A stretch of 64,000 nucleotides of DNA. Source: an uncultured Caldithrix sp. Lineage in GTDB: Bacteria; Electryoneota; AABM5-125-24; Hatepunaeales; Hatepunaeaceae. Made by a program: the position numbers and the translations under genes. The stretch is taken from contig CAYHEC010000006.1 in NCBI GenBank assembly GCA_964355675.1, forward strand, positions 1-64,000. The letters run 5' to 3'. The number at the start of each line of letters is the position of its first letter. Position 1 is the first letter of the stretch. Positions 27,219 to 37,229 of the stretch are shown here, one piece after another. The notes beneath the pieces are model-generated. The model saw nothing but the letters and a program-made list of their open reading frames with translations, was not told the DNA's origin and made no database searches.

Positions 27219-29523
27219 CCAAGGCGGATTAAAGAAAGTTTGGCGGGGAGGCGCAAGTTTCCCCGCCATTATTCTTAACAGCCTCATTTCGACATTCAAT
27301 TTCTTGAGATTTAAAATTATTATTTTACTCTTTTTGCCATTCGTTTTCTTTGAGCCTTCCTTTGCTCAACCAAGAATCGAGTGGCTTCGCACCTACAATG
27401 GCCCCCTCGACAGAGGTGGCGTTCTGTATGATGTATTTGCCACAGAAGAGGGAGGTTTTGCAATGACCGGCTCGGTCAGCGGAGATGAGCGCTATTGCTG
27501 GCTACTGGTGACAAATCGCGACGGTGGGGTGATTCATCAGAGCTCACATCCTCGGGCTTTCGAAAATCCGATTTGTGAAGGTAAAACTATAATACAGGAT
27601 GTCGCGGGAGGATATCTTATCGGTGGAAGTTTGAGGAGCCGCGACCTAACTCCGGCACGATTTGGTCTAATTCGAACTGACGAGGAGGGGGAGCTGATAT
27701 GGTGGCGAGAATATGCTATAGGAATGTGTTATGCAGTGATTGAAGAGAAAGCGGGTAATTTCATCGCTTGCGGAATCGGTCGAATCGGCCAAGCCTCAGG
27801 AGCATTCGTGGTCAAGTGCGACGTCGATGGAGATACGATATGGACTAAACTGTTTGAGAATGAGACCTATTTTAAAGGCTTACGCGAGACTGAAGATGGA
27901 ATTATTCTGGTGGGATTGGGGCAGGCTCAGACACTTATCTGTCGTCTTGATGAGGATGGGGGGCTTATTGATATGCAACGCCATGGACAGGGAGTTCTCT
28001 ACTCGTTAGTGTCCTGTCCTGCTGGTTTTTTAGCCTCAGGATCTGACGCTGGCAATGTTTTGGCAATGAGGCTTGCTGAAAATGGGAATCTGAGATGGAG
28101 ACGAGTGTACGATATTTCTGGTATTGCCTACGGCGTTGCTCGGATGCCCGATGAAGGCTTCATTCTCTGTATTGCCTCCTCTGGACACCGATTGCTCCGC
28201 ATCGACCGTGGAGGGAATGAAATGTGGAGGCGCTATGATGATGATATCAGGGGTAACGGCTGGCAGTCTATAGTGACGAATGTTGATGGTGCTGCTTATG
28301 TAGTTGGCGATTTTAATGGCAGTCAAGGATGCTTAATGAAAGTCCAGCCCGATGTCAGCCCTCCGGTCATTATTGATTGGACTCCTTCCCAATCTGAATT
28401 GAAAGTACTTCTCGGTGACTCAATAGATTTTGCAATTGTCGCTGAAGATATTCAGGATGATTCATTATGGTTTCGTTGGAGCCATAATCGTGATGATCTT
28501 GGGGTCGAAAATGATCACACTACTCTCGATTTTGATGAGTTGGGGTTGGATACGGTCAAATGCTCTGTGTTTGATAGTTCCGGCTCCGATCTGGCGGAAT
28601 GGCACGTCACCGTCACTGACCTCTACATCCAATCCTTCACCCCCGACACGCTCAACCTCACCATCCGCCGTGGCAACTCCGTTGACTTTGCCATCGATTC
28701 CGTTGCCGCCGTCGGCGGTAACGACGACATGCAGTACCTCTGGACAAAGACCAATCTTGATAATCAGGGAGAACCGGAGCGCTCGGGCGAGGACGCCCAA
28801 GCTACCATCCCCTTCCTCCAATCGGGGAACTTCGCTGTCGAGGGACTGGCTTACCGCGAGCAATCGAGCGACGCGGTCGTCTGGAATGTAGCAGTGAGTG
28901 GAGCAATCTGGAGCTTTGCACCGGAAGACATTACGCTTGAAGTCTTGCCCGACAGCCTCGTGAGGTTTGAGGTTTTTCCAAATGATCCCGATTCAGTCGG
29001 GTGGTCGATTGCGTGGCTTGTCGATGGGGAGGTTGCGCGGGAGGGTGAGACGACGCTGGAGTGGCGGTTCTTCGGTGAGGCGGACAGCTGTCCGCCTCAC
29101 CTCGTGCAGGTCGTTGTGGCTGATTCGGTTGAGGCGGATACCGTGACGTGGGAGGTGGTGGCAAGAGAGTTAGGGGTTGGGGATGAAGAGGCTGGCAGGC
29201 CGGGACGTCCTGCCCTACTGGATGTTTCGCCGAATCCGTTCAATTCAATGCTGACGATAAAGTACACGACGGGCTCGGCGGCCCGTCCTACGCGGCTTGC
29301 CATCTACGACGTCTCCGGGCGGGAGGTTGTCAGGCTGGTGGATGGTGGTTCTTCCGTCAACCCCCCGTGGTTGACGGGAAGGAACTCTGCCGACCGCAGG
29401 GGGTCGGCAGAAGAAACGAGTAGCGCCACCTGGAACGCCTCTCCTTTCCCTGCTGGAGTCTATCTCGTTCGTCTCCAAACCGGACAAGAGGTTTCGACCA
29501 AGAAGGTTGTTTTGATCCGGTAG
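27199..29523 (+). CDS. Large secreted protein with beta-propeller-like region, repeated Ig-like modules and Por/T9SS C-terminal sorting domain
   Basis: Signal peptide (…IIILLFLPFVFFEPSFAQ); internal repeats (…SIDFAIVAEDIQDDSLWFRW… / …SVDFAIDSVAAVGGNDDMQYLW… / …LVRFEVFPNDPDSVGWSIAWL…); C-term LLDVSPNPFNSMLTIKY…AIYDVSGREVVRL…AGVYLVRLQTGQEVSTKKVVLIR = classic T9SS CTD. Confidence 0.65.
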   Translation: MMTIALDQGGLKKVWRGGASFPAIILNSLISTFNFLRFKIIILLFLPFVFFEPSFAQPRIEWLRTYNGPLDRGGVLYDVFATEEGGFAMTGSVSGDERYCWLLVTNRDGGVIHQSSHPRAFENPICEGKTIIQDVAGGYLIGGSLRSRDLTPARFGLIRTDEEGELIWWREYAIGMCYAVIEEKAGNFIACGIGRIGQASGAFVVKCDVDGDTIWTKLFENETYFKGLRETEDGIILVGLGQAQTLICRLDEDGGLIDMQRHGQGVLYSLVSCPAGFLASGSDAGNVLAMRLAENGNLRWRRVYDISGIAYGVARMPDEGFILCIASSGHRLLRIDRGGNEMWRRYDDDIRGNGWQSIVTNVDGAAYVVGDFNGSQGCLMKVQPDVSPPVIIDWTPSQSELKVLLGDSIDFAIVAEDIQDDSLWFRWSHNRDDLGVENDHTTLDFDELGLDTVKCSVFDSSGSDLAEWHVTVTDLYIQSFTPDTLNLTIRRGNSVDFAIDSVAAVGGNDDMQYLWTKTNLDNQGEPERSGEDAQATIPFLQSGNFAVEGLAYREQSSDAVVWNVAVSGAIWSFAPEDITLEVLPDSLVRFEVFPNDPDSVGWSIAWLVDGEVAREGETTLEWRFFGEADSCPPHLVQVVVADSVEADTVTWEVVARELGVGDEEAGRPGRPALLDVSPNPFNSMLTIKYTTGSAARPTRLAIYDVSGREVVRLVDGGSSVNPPWLTGRNSADRRGSAEETSSATWNASPFPAGVYLVRLQTGQEVSTKKVVLIR

Positions 29524-29700
29524 GGGCGCAAGGCCTTGCGCCCCTACATTGCCGCAGGGTGCGGACACCCTGCGGCAAAATGGACACCCTGCGACACCGA
29601 AAGGGCGGGGTTTTAACCCGCCCTCCAAGAGAAAAAGAGCCGCCCCGTCTTGGAGCGGCTCTGTCTCTCTCTTCTCTCAACTCTCTCACTCTCAACCTGC

Positions 29701-32031
29701 CTAAGCTTCCGCCCAAACGCCCTCGGTCAAATACTTGTGCATCGAACCAGCTGATTTTTTCCCGTCGCCCATCGCCAGAATGACCGTCGCCGCACCGCGA
29801 GTTATGTCACCTCCTGCCCAGACGCCTTTAATGGAAGTTCTTCCAAAATCATCAGCTACGATGTTCCCCCACTTGTTCAGCTTCAAATCAGGGCAAGTCG
29901 AAGTGAGTAGCGGGTTGGCGCGCGTTCCGACTGCAACGATTAATATATCGCAAGGGACGATAAAATCTGAACCCTCTATTGGAACCGGTCTCCGGCGACC
30001 CGAAGCATCAGGCTCACCCAACGCCATCCTCTGACATTTCATGCCACTCACCCAACCCTTGTCGTCACTTAGCACCTCAATCGGAGCGACCAGCATCTCG
30101 AAGAGAATTCCTTCTTCGGCGGCGTGATCGACCTCTTCAACTCTTGCTGGCATCTCTGCTCGTGAACGTCGATAGACAATGGTTGAGTTCTCTGCCCCGA
30201 GCCTTTTTGCAGTCCGCACCGCATCCATAGCAACATTCCCCCCACCGACAACGGCGACGTTATTAGCCTTCAAGACCGGTGTATCGGTTACAGGGAAGCT
30301 GAACGCCGTCATAAGATTAACACGGGTCAGGTATTCGTTGGCAGAGTAAACGCCTTTGAGATTTTCACCAGCAACTCCCATGAAAACCGGCAAACCGGCT
30401 CCGTTTGCAACAAAAACCGCGTCAAATTTCTCGATGAGTTCGTTCAGTGTATAGGTCTTGCCGATAACAGCATTGAATTCTATTTTTACGCCCTGCCTGA
30501 TTAGCCGATCAACTTCGTCCTGAACGATGGCTTTCGGGAGCCTGAATTCTGGAATGCCATATACTAAAACGCCTCCCGGTTTGTGGAACGCTTCGTAGAT
30601 GGTAATGTCGTGCCCAAGCTTGACGAGTTCACCAGCCGCTGTTAATCCTGCGGGACCTGAGCCAACAATAGCGACCTTCTTACCTGTCGAAACAGGGGTA
30701 TTAGGGACAAGCAACTCTTCATGACTTCTCGCCCAGTCGGCTATATAACGTTCCAGGTAACCGATGGCTACGGGGGCTCCCTTGATCCCGCGAATACAGA
30801 GCGCTTCACATTGCGTCTCCTGAGGGCAGACCCGGCCAGTGACAGCGGGCAGTGAATTATCACGCATGAGCACTTTGGCGGCAGATTCAAGATCGCCTTC
30901 AGTGATGTGCTTGATGAACAATGGAATATCAATAAAAACGGGACAGCCGGGAATGCACTGTTTCTCTTTGCATTGAATGCAACGTTGTGCTTCGAGAAGA
31001 GCAAGTCTGGCGTCAAAACCAAGATTAACTTCAGTAAAGTTCGCTCGACGCAACTCCGATTCCTGTTCGGGCATCTTTTGACGAACAATCTTCATCTTTT
31101 CTTTGTTCGAGACAGGGGTTCCGTAGGTTAAAACATCATCGGAAACCCAATTAGAAAACAACGCATGTTCTGTGAAATCAGTAGTGACAAGTTCAGCGCC
31201 AAGTCCGACGAGACAACCTTTTTCAAAGTGTTGTAACGCCTCACGTTCATAGGTTTGATAGGAAGTGAGTCGTTCTGATAATTCATTAAAATCGACCTTA
31301 TGTCCATCAAATTCCGGTCCATCGACGCAGGCGAACATGGTTTTACCACCTACTGACACCCGGCACCCTCCACACATACCGGTTCCGTCGATCATAACCG
31401 GATTCAGTGAAACAATTGTGTGAACCTTCATGGGTTCTGTCAACTTCGCCACGTTCATCATCATAGGGACAGGTCCTACTGCATATACGGCGTCGATTTT
31501 CGCATTGTCAAGAACCTCCCTAAGCGCTGTTGTAACAAAACCTTTGACTCCGTAACTTCCGTCATCGGTACATACGAAAGTCTTGCCGAGGTTCTTTAGC
31601 TCTTCCTCGAAGATGACCCACTCTTTTGAGCGACCACCGATGATGTTGATGACTTCCACGCCCTTGGCACACAGACCCTGAGCGATAGGGTGGACAACTG
31701 CTGTTCCAACGCCACCACCGACGCAGACGGCGCAACCCGACTCAATCAATTCGGTTGGTTTTCCGAGAGGACCAGCAACATCCTGAATCGATTCACCGAC
31801 ATTAAGTGAGGTGAGCTCAATCGTAGATTTTCCAACAGCCTGAATGACCAGTGTAATCGTGCCATTGGCCTTATCACCATCGGCGATAGTTAGGGGAATT
31901 CTCTCAGAGATAGGACCTTTGCGGACAATTACGAACTGTCCGGGCTGACGGATATCTGCAATGCGCGGCGCGAAAACGTCAAGGCGATAAACGTTAGGCG
32001 CAAGTTGCTGTTTATTAGTAATAATATTCAT
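29701..32031 (-). CDS. Fused NfnA/NfnB-like (sulfide dehydrogenase SudB+SudA / GltD-family) NAD(P)H:ferredoxin oxidoreductase
   Basis: N-terminal PyrK/SudB-like FAD-NAD + 2Fe-2S part (MNIITNKQQLAPNVYRLDVFAPRIA…CGGCRV); C-terminal GltD-like part with 4Fe-4S Cys motifs and VAIVGSGPAGLTAAGELVKLGHDITIYE dinucleotide fold; ORF opens at 32082. Confidence 0.8.
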   Translation of the reverse strand: MNIITNKQQLAPNVYRLDVFAPRIADIRQPGQFVIVRKGPISERIPLTIADGDKANGTITLVIQAVGKSTIELTSLNVGESIQDVAGPLGKPTELIESGCAVCVGGGVGTAVVHPIAQGLCAKGVEVINIIGGRSKEWVIFEEELKNLGKTFVCTDDGSYGVKGFVTTALREVLDNAKIDAVYAVGPVPMMMNVAKLTEPMKVHTIVSLNPVMIDGTGMCGGCRVSVGGKTMFACVDGPEFDGHKVDFNELSERLTSYQTYEREALQHFEKGCLVGLGAELVTTDFTEHALFSNWVSDDVLTYGTPVSNKEKMKIVRQKMPEQESELRRANFTEVNLGFDARLALLEAQRCIQCKEKQCIPGCPVFIDIPLFIKHITEGDLESAAKVLMRDNSLPAVTGRVCPQETQCEALCIRGIKGAPVAIGYLERYIADWARSHEELLVPNTPVSTGKKVAIVGSGPAGLTAAGELVKLGHDITIYEAFHKPGGVLVYGIPEFRLPKAIVQDEVDRLIRQGVKIEFNAVIGKTYTLNELIEKFDAVFVANGAGLPVFMGVAGENLKGVYSANEYLTRVNLMTAFSFPVTDTPVLKANNVAVVGGGNVAMDAVRTAKRLGAENSTIVYRRSRAEMPARVEEVDHAAEEGILFEMLVAPIEVLSDDKGWVSGMKCQRMALGEPDASGRRRPVPIEGSDFIVPCDILIVAVGTRANPLLTSTCPDLKLNKWGNIVADDFGRTSIKGVWAGGDITRGAATVILAMGDGKKSAGSMHKYLTEGVWAEA

Positions 32032-32258
32032 AGTGATAGGTTTGGAACTTTTGATAGAGGACAATTGTTGATAATGATACAATTACTGCGAAGATAGACT
32101 CAGTTGGAACCCTCTCTCAGCAGTTTGCGAGTACGGAACGCGCTCAGACTCGCGGAATGGAGCAATTATTACGCCAAATCAGATTAATTTGACCGAATTG
32201 TGGTTAGCTGTTTTACAATTTGTGAATTCTCTTACAGTCTTGCGAATGGTTACTTGCC

Positions 32259-33137
32259 TCAGCGTTTAAAAATCAATGCCGTTCCAACAACTGCGACGCA
32301 TGTCCCGATCCAGACTCGCGCCGAGATTTTCTCCTTAAAAATCAAATGCGCCCATGGAATTACGATGAGAGGCGTCAATCCCATCAATGTCGCCGCGACG
32401 CCGGTCTCGGTGTAACGGACGGAGACAAGCGACAACCAGACTCCTAGAAAAGGTCCGACAATAGTCCCGGCTCCGGTTAAGGCGATCGCTTTTCCATCGT
32501 CGAATGCACCAATCAAATTCTTCCATTCCCGTTTTACTGTTACCAATAGTGCAATTCCAATCCAACCAGAGACCATTCGCAATAGTGTTGCCGCTATTGG
32601 AGTTACTGTATCACCCATTCCGGATTTGGCAAGAATAAGGCCGACCGCCTGGCAAAACGCGGCCAGAAGACCGAGCAGGATTCCCTTTCGGATTTCTTCC
32701 CGTCGTTCTGATCCGGTTGAGGTGTCGTTCGCAGATCGCTCAAGGACAACCCAGCCAACGCCCGTTACGGTGATAATGATGCCTACCCAAGCGATAAAGG
32801 CAAGACGTTCTCCCAATATCAGAAAGGCCAAAAAAGAAGTGATGATTGGAACACAAGCCATTATCAGCGTTGCCCGACGAGGTCCAAAACGAATCATCGC
32901 GGCAAATAGCGCATTATCCCCCACTGCGAGTCCTATCACGCCGGAAAGTACAATGAAAATGATGTTTCCGCCTTCATACCAACTTGCGACAGGCCCTGAC
33001 AATATAAACCGCGCCGCGGAAAACAACAGGAGAACAGCGCCTGATAGCCTTAGCAGATTTACGTTGTTTAATCCTATTCTCTTGCCGGCAAGCGTGAAAA
33101 AAACGGCCGTCCATGACCAGCATAAAGCTGTCAACAA
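32259..33137 (-). CDS. EamA/DMT-superfamily transporter
   Basis: 10 TM helices, two EamA-like halves. Confidence 0.65.
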   Translation of the reverse strand: MLTALCWSWTAVFFTLAGKRIGLNNVNLLRLSGAVLLLFSAARFILSGPVASWYEGGNIIFIVLSGVIGLAVGDNALFAAMIRFGPRRATLIMACVPIITSFLAFLILGERLAFIAWVGIIITVTGVGWVVLERSANDTSTGSERREEIRKGILLGLLAAFCQAVGLILAKSGMGDTVTPIAATLLRMVSGWIGIALLVTVKREWKNLIGAFDDGKAIALTGAGTIVGPFLGVWLSLVSVRYTETGVAATLMGLTPLIVIPWAHLIFKEKISARVWIGTCVAVVGTALIFKR

Positions 33138-33393
33138 CGCGGCAATCTCGCCTTGATAGGGTATTAAAGTTGCGGATCCGATGCTTTATCATCCTTGAAA
33201 ATGAGTGAAAAATTCGATCTTGTAATCGAACGAAATCAATAAGCGCTCTTAATGAAGCGATTGTCAATTATATATTCCAGAATCTCCCTGCACGTTGTAA
33301 TTCGTCAAAGAAATACTTTTGGTTGAATTATATCAAGCAGACCTGACTAAAGTCGATTGACTTAGAGGACATTTTCGTATTACCTTTTGAGTT

Positions 33394-34497
33394 ATGAGTT
33401 ATTCACCTCAATTTCAGACATCATCGGCAAAGAACAAAAAGCCTCGACCGAAGGCGACAGACCGCATCCATCGGACATTATTTACTGCCGTGATTGCTGG
33501 CGCGTTATTGGGACTTCTTCTTCTTGTTATTTCCTGGGTATTGAATTCCCCGGCCCCGGATGTCGGAGGCGGAGAAGAAATTATTACCATCGAGCAGGGA
33601 ATGACCCTTGGGCAAGTCGCAAGTCTGTTAAATGAAAGAAGTTTGATCAACCACCCGATGGCCTTCAAATTAGCCGCACGGATAATGGGTGTTGACCGAA
33701 AGCTACAGCCCGGCACTTTTCTGATTGAGCGAGGCACGACCAATACCCGTGTTCTTCGACTGCTTTTGACTCCGATGATTAGAACCATGAATATTACTAT
33801 CCCAGAAGGATTGCAGGTCAGAGATATAGCTAAAATATATCACAAGGAGTTAGGGATCGATCCGGCGGAGTTTGTTGCTTTATGTGAGGATCCAGATTTT
33901 GCGATTTCACTTGGCGCTCCAGCAGACCGGTTGGAGGGATATCTTTTCCCCGACACCTACAATTTCTACCTGAACACTCCGGCTAACTCAGCTATCGAGA
34001 AAATGGTGGAACGTTTTTTTGATGTAGTAGATGACTCGCTTTTGTTAAGAATGCGTTCGAAAGGGATGGCTTTACACGAAGTTGTCACCTTGGCGTCGAT
34101 TATCGAAGGTGAAGTGCAGGTTCCATCTGAAGCCCCTCTTGTTTCTGCCGTTTATCATAACCGTTTACGAAAAAGAATGGCTTTAGAAGCCGATCCCACG
34201 ATCCAATACATCCTAAAAGACGGTCCACGCCGACTCAGGCGAAGCGACCTTTTGCGGGATAGTCCATATAATACTTATCGTCACCTAGGATTACCTCCCG
34301 GACCGATAAACAATCCAGGTATTCGAGCTATTCGAGCGGCAATTAATCCCGCTGACGTTGACTATCTTTACTTTGTCGCCCAAGGGGACGGGTATCATGC
34401 CTTCAACAAAGAATACTCAGGCCACCTCGCTTCGAAGCAGAAATTAGACAAGCTTCGTCGAGAGCTTGACCGCGAGAAGCAACAAGTTGAAGGGTAG
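33394..34497 (+). CDS. mltG: Endolytic murein transglycosylase MltG (YceG family)
   Basis: N-terminal TM; conserved MltG core (…QPGTFLIERGTTNTRVLRLL…YLFPDTYNF…PYNTYRHLGLPPGPINNPG…). Confidence 0.85.
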   Translation: MSYSPQFQTSSAKNKKPRPKATDRIHRTLFTAVIAGALLGLLLLVISWVLNSPAPDVGGGEEIITIEQGMTLGQVASLLNERSLINHPMAFKLAARIMGVDRKLQPGTFLIERGTTNTRVLRLLLTPMIRTMNITIPEGLQVRDIAKIYHKELGIDPAEFVALCEDPDFAISLGAPADRLEGYLFPDTYNFYLNTPANSAIEKMVERFFDVVDDSLLLRMRSKGMALHEVVTLASIIEGEVQVPSEAPLVSAVYHNRLRKRMALEADPTIQYILKDGPRRLRRSDLLRDSPYNTYRHLGLPPGPINNPGIRAIRAAINPADVDYLYFVAQGDGYHAFNKEYSGHLASKQKLDKLRRELDREKQQVEG

Positions 34498-34499
34498 CG

Positions 34500-34640
34500 A
34501 AATTGAACCGCTATGCTACTGGAGGACGGATACGGAGATCCGTCCTCCTAAATCAAATAGACGGATTCGGAGATCCGTCCTCCTATTTCAAATAGACGGA
34601 TTCGGAGATCCGTCCTCCTATTTCAAATTTTCTCACCACG
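34500..34640. repeat. Tandem repeat of ~37 bp 'ggattcggagatccgtcctcctatttcaaatagac' x3, each containing the hairpin ggacggatc…gatccgtcc
   Basis: Direct reading. Confidence 0.9.
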
Positions 34641-34742
34641 GAAACTCAACAACTGACCTCAAATAATTCTATTCCTCAACGCTTCGAAGCCGAATTAAAT
34701 AGCCCGCAACGAGAAGCTGTACTCCACACTGATGGACCGCTG

Positions 34743-36869
34743 TTGATCATTGCCGGAGCTGGTTCCGGTAAAACAAGAGTGCTTGCTTATCGGGCGGCGT
34801 ACCTTGTCGAAAAAGGACTTGCCAAACCCTATCAAATCCTTGCTCTTACCTTTACAAATAAATCGGCGGGCGAGTTACGTGGGCGTGCCAGCGAAATGAT
34901 CGGACAAGGCGGTGACCTTCTTCAGGCGGGTACCTTTCATTCAATCTTTTCCCGGATCATGCGCCAAGAGGGATTGAATATAGGCGTCGATCCTCGATTT
35001 ACAATCGTGGACGCTGATGATCGACGCAAAATGATCAAAGCTATTCTGAAGGAGATGGGATCGGGTGTTGATTCAGCTCGCGAAATCACCTGGCTCATCG
35101 AACGTGCAAAAAACGAAGCGCTTTCTCCCGACCAATTCTCTGCAATTGCCCAACGACCTCTCGAACTGATCGCCGCCGACGCCTATCGACACTACGAAAA
35201 TCGTCTGCGAAAAATGTCCGGTCTCGATTTTGATGATCTTCTGATAAGGCCTCTTGAAGCTTTTCGAAAGTACCCGGAGTTTCTCACACGGCTTCAACAT
35301 CGATTTCGTTATGTGATGGTGGATGAGTTTCAGGACACCAACCCGGCTCAATATAATCTTATCAAGGCAATCGCCGCTGTTCATCGTAATCTCTGTGTAG
35401 TAGGGGATGATGATCAGGCGATCTACGCTTTTCGCGGGGCTACCGTCGCGAACATACTCGAATTTAAACGCGACTGGAACGAGAGCAAGATCATCAGATT
35501 GGAACAGAACTACAGATCACACAAATATATCCTTGACCTCGCCTGGGCAGTCATCAAGAATAATCCACAACGCCATGAGAAAAAGCTATGGACAGCCAGA
35601 AAAGATGGGGAACCGGCGTTGCTGATCGAAGCACGCTCCGATGATGAAGAAGCGCTAAGATTTATTGCATATATTCAGCACGAGGTAGCCTCCAAGGGGC
35701 GATCCTTGAAAGACTTTGCGATTTTGTACAGGACGAACGCACAGAGTCTGCCTTTTGAGCGAGCCCTGCGTGGAGCGGTTCTTCCCTATCAAGTCGTGGG
35801 CGGTTTGCGCTTTTACGAACGGAAAGAAATAAAAGACATCCTCGCCTATTTGCGAGTCCTTGTCAATCCCGCTGATGATGTTAGTCTTGAAAGAATAATA
35901 AATTATCCTCCGCGTGGAATCGGAGATACTCTTCTGGCAGAGATGCATGTCCGAGCTCGTCACGAGGATAGTTCACTGCTATCAATCGTCGAGAAAACCG
36001 CCCTGAACGAAAAATTGACGCCCCGGTCAAAGAAAGCGCTTCAGCAATTTCTCGATATGTGGAATGGATTCCTTCAAGCCATGACGTCAATTCCTTTCCC
36101 AGAACTGGTCAAGCTCATCATCGTCACGACAGGTCTCCGCGAGAGGCTTCGCGAGGAGGAGAAAGACGATCCCTCAAGGGCTGACTCAAAGGTGGAGAAT
36201 GTAGAGAACTTTGTCGCGGACGTATCGAGATTCACTGAAAATCACACCGATAAAGGAATCGCTGATTTTCTTGAAGAAGTGTCACTGGTTACCGATGTCG
36301 ATAAGTACGATGAATCTCAGGATCGGGTCAACTTGATGACGATCCACACTTCAAAAGGACTGGAGTTCCCCGTAGTACTTCTTGGAGGTCTTGAGGAGGG
36401 TTTGCTTCCATTTTTTTCACCCGATGGTTCACCAACAGAGGTGGAAGAAGAACGGAGGCTTTTTTTCGTGGCAGTCACTCGAGCCAAAGATCGACTTGTT
36501 GTCGGATATGCCGTTGAGCGAGTTCGATATGGAACTCGCGTCTGGATGGGTCCATCGCGATTCCTGCGTGAGATACCACCGGAACTGCTTACTGGAGTAA
36601 AGCGTACCACCAGTGCTGTTTCACCGGTCAGGAGTATTCGTCCATTGGGGCAGGTTCCATCGATTTCCACACCATCAAGCGGTACTGGATCCGGACTTGA
36701 CGCTGATGAAATTCACAAGGGACTTCTGGTTAGACACCCAACCTTTGGTCTGGGAGTTATCTTCGATTTTCGCCGTCAGGGTCCTGACAGCCGCCTCGAC
36801 GTCGATTTTGATGATGTTGGAAAAAAGACGCTGGTACTACGATATGCAAGGTTAGAAAAGGCGGGATGA
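34743..36869 (+). CDS. uvrD: UvrD/PcrA-family ATP-dependent DNA helicase (true start probably upstream of the annotated TTG, frame open from 34668)
   Basis: Walker A AGAGSGKTRVL immediately at ORF start; helicase motifs; C-terminal Tudor-like tail; upstream in-frame residues …NSPQREAVLHTDGPLL match the canonical UvrD N-terminus but contain no ATG/GTG. Confidence 0.85.
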   Translation: MIIAGAGSGKTRVLAYRAAYLVEKGLAKPYQILALTFTNKSAGELRGRASEMIGQGGDLLQAGTFHSIFSRIMRQEGLNIGVDPRFTIVDADDRRKMIKAILKEMGSGVDSAREITWLIERAKNEALSPDQFSAIAQRPLELIAADAYRHYENRLRKMSGLDFDDLLIRPLEAFRKYPEFLTRLQHRFRYVMVDEFQDTNPAQYNLIKAIAAVHRNLCVVGDDDQAIYAFRGATVANILEFKRDWNESKIIRLEQNYRSHKYILDLAWAVIKNNPQRHEKKLWTARKDGEPALLIEARSDDEEALRFIAYIQHEVASKGRSLKDFAILYRTNAQSLPFERALRGAVLPYQVVGGLRFYERKEIKDILAYLRVLVNPADDVSLERIINYPPRGIGDTLLAEMHVRARHEDSSLLSIVEKTALNEKLTPRSKKALQQFLDMWNGFLQAMTSIPFPELVKLIIVTTGLRERLREEEKDDPSRADSKVENVENFVADVSRFTENHTDKGIADFLEEVSLVTDVDKYDESQDRVNLMTIHTSKGLEFPVVLLGGLEEGLLPFFSPDGSPTEVEEERRLFFVAVTRAKDRLVVGYAVERVRYGTRVWMGPSRFLREIPPELLTGVKRTTSAVSPVRSIRPLGQVPSISTPSSGTGSGLDADEIHKGLLVRHPTFGLGVIFDFRRQGPDSRLDVDFDDVGKKTLVLRYARLEKAG

Positions 36870-37229
36870 TTTGGGGGTGCTGAAAAAGTCCGAATGTGCC
36901 CAGTACGGGCGATTTAAATCGCCCGATCAAAATAATTACGCCGGTGAATAAATAGATCAAACACAGTGAATGGGCGGACGAGGGCGTCCGCCTGGACTTT
37001 GCAGGACTTTCTGTTTCCGCCAAGTTACACAGTCCATCGGATGGTTTGAATCTTGGCTCAAACAGGGACTTTTTCAGTAAACCCTAATTGGTCAACTGCC
37101 GTAATTCGCCATTTCCATAATCAGATTTGAGTCGAAACAATTTTATTTCAGTCATAACCTATTGTAAAGTGATTGTAAATTTCTTAACTTACGATTCGCT
37201 GATCATCTTAATATTATAAATCTACTTCA

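Noticed and set aside
28430-29716. Cluster of overlapping ORFs on both strands at the 3' end of the 774-aa secreted protein gene
   Set aside because: GC-rich region yields open frames in several phases; only the + frame continues the domain repeats and ends in a T9SS CTD.
36870-37229. Possible tRNA or small RNA in the long intergenic region between uvrD and the TPR gene
   Set aside because: No cloverleaf-compatible sequence (no GTTC…TΨC-like arm plus acceptor pairing) could be traced by eye; the region contains only palindromic repeats (cgggcgatttaaatcgcccg) and the 25-mer shared with the MITE-like element.
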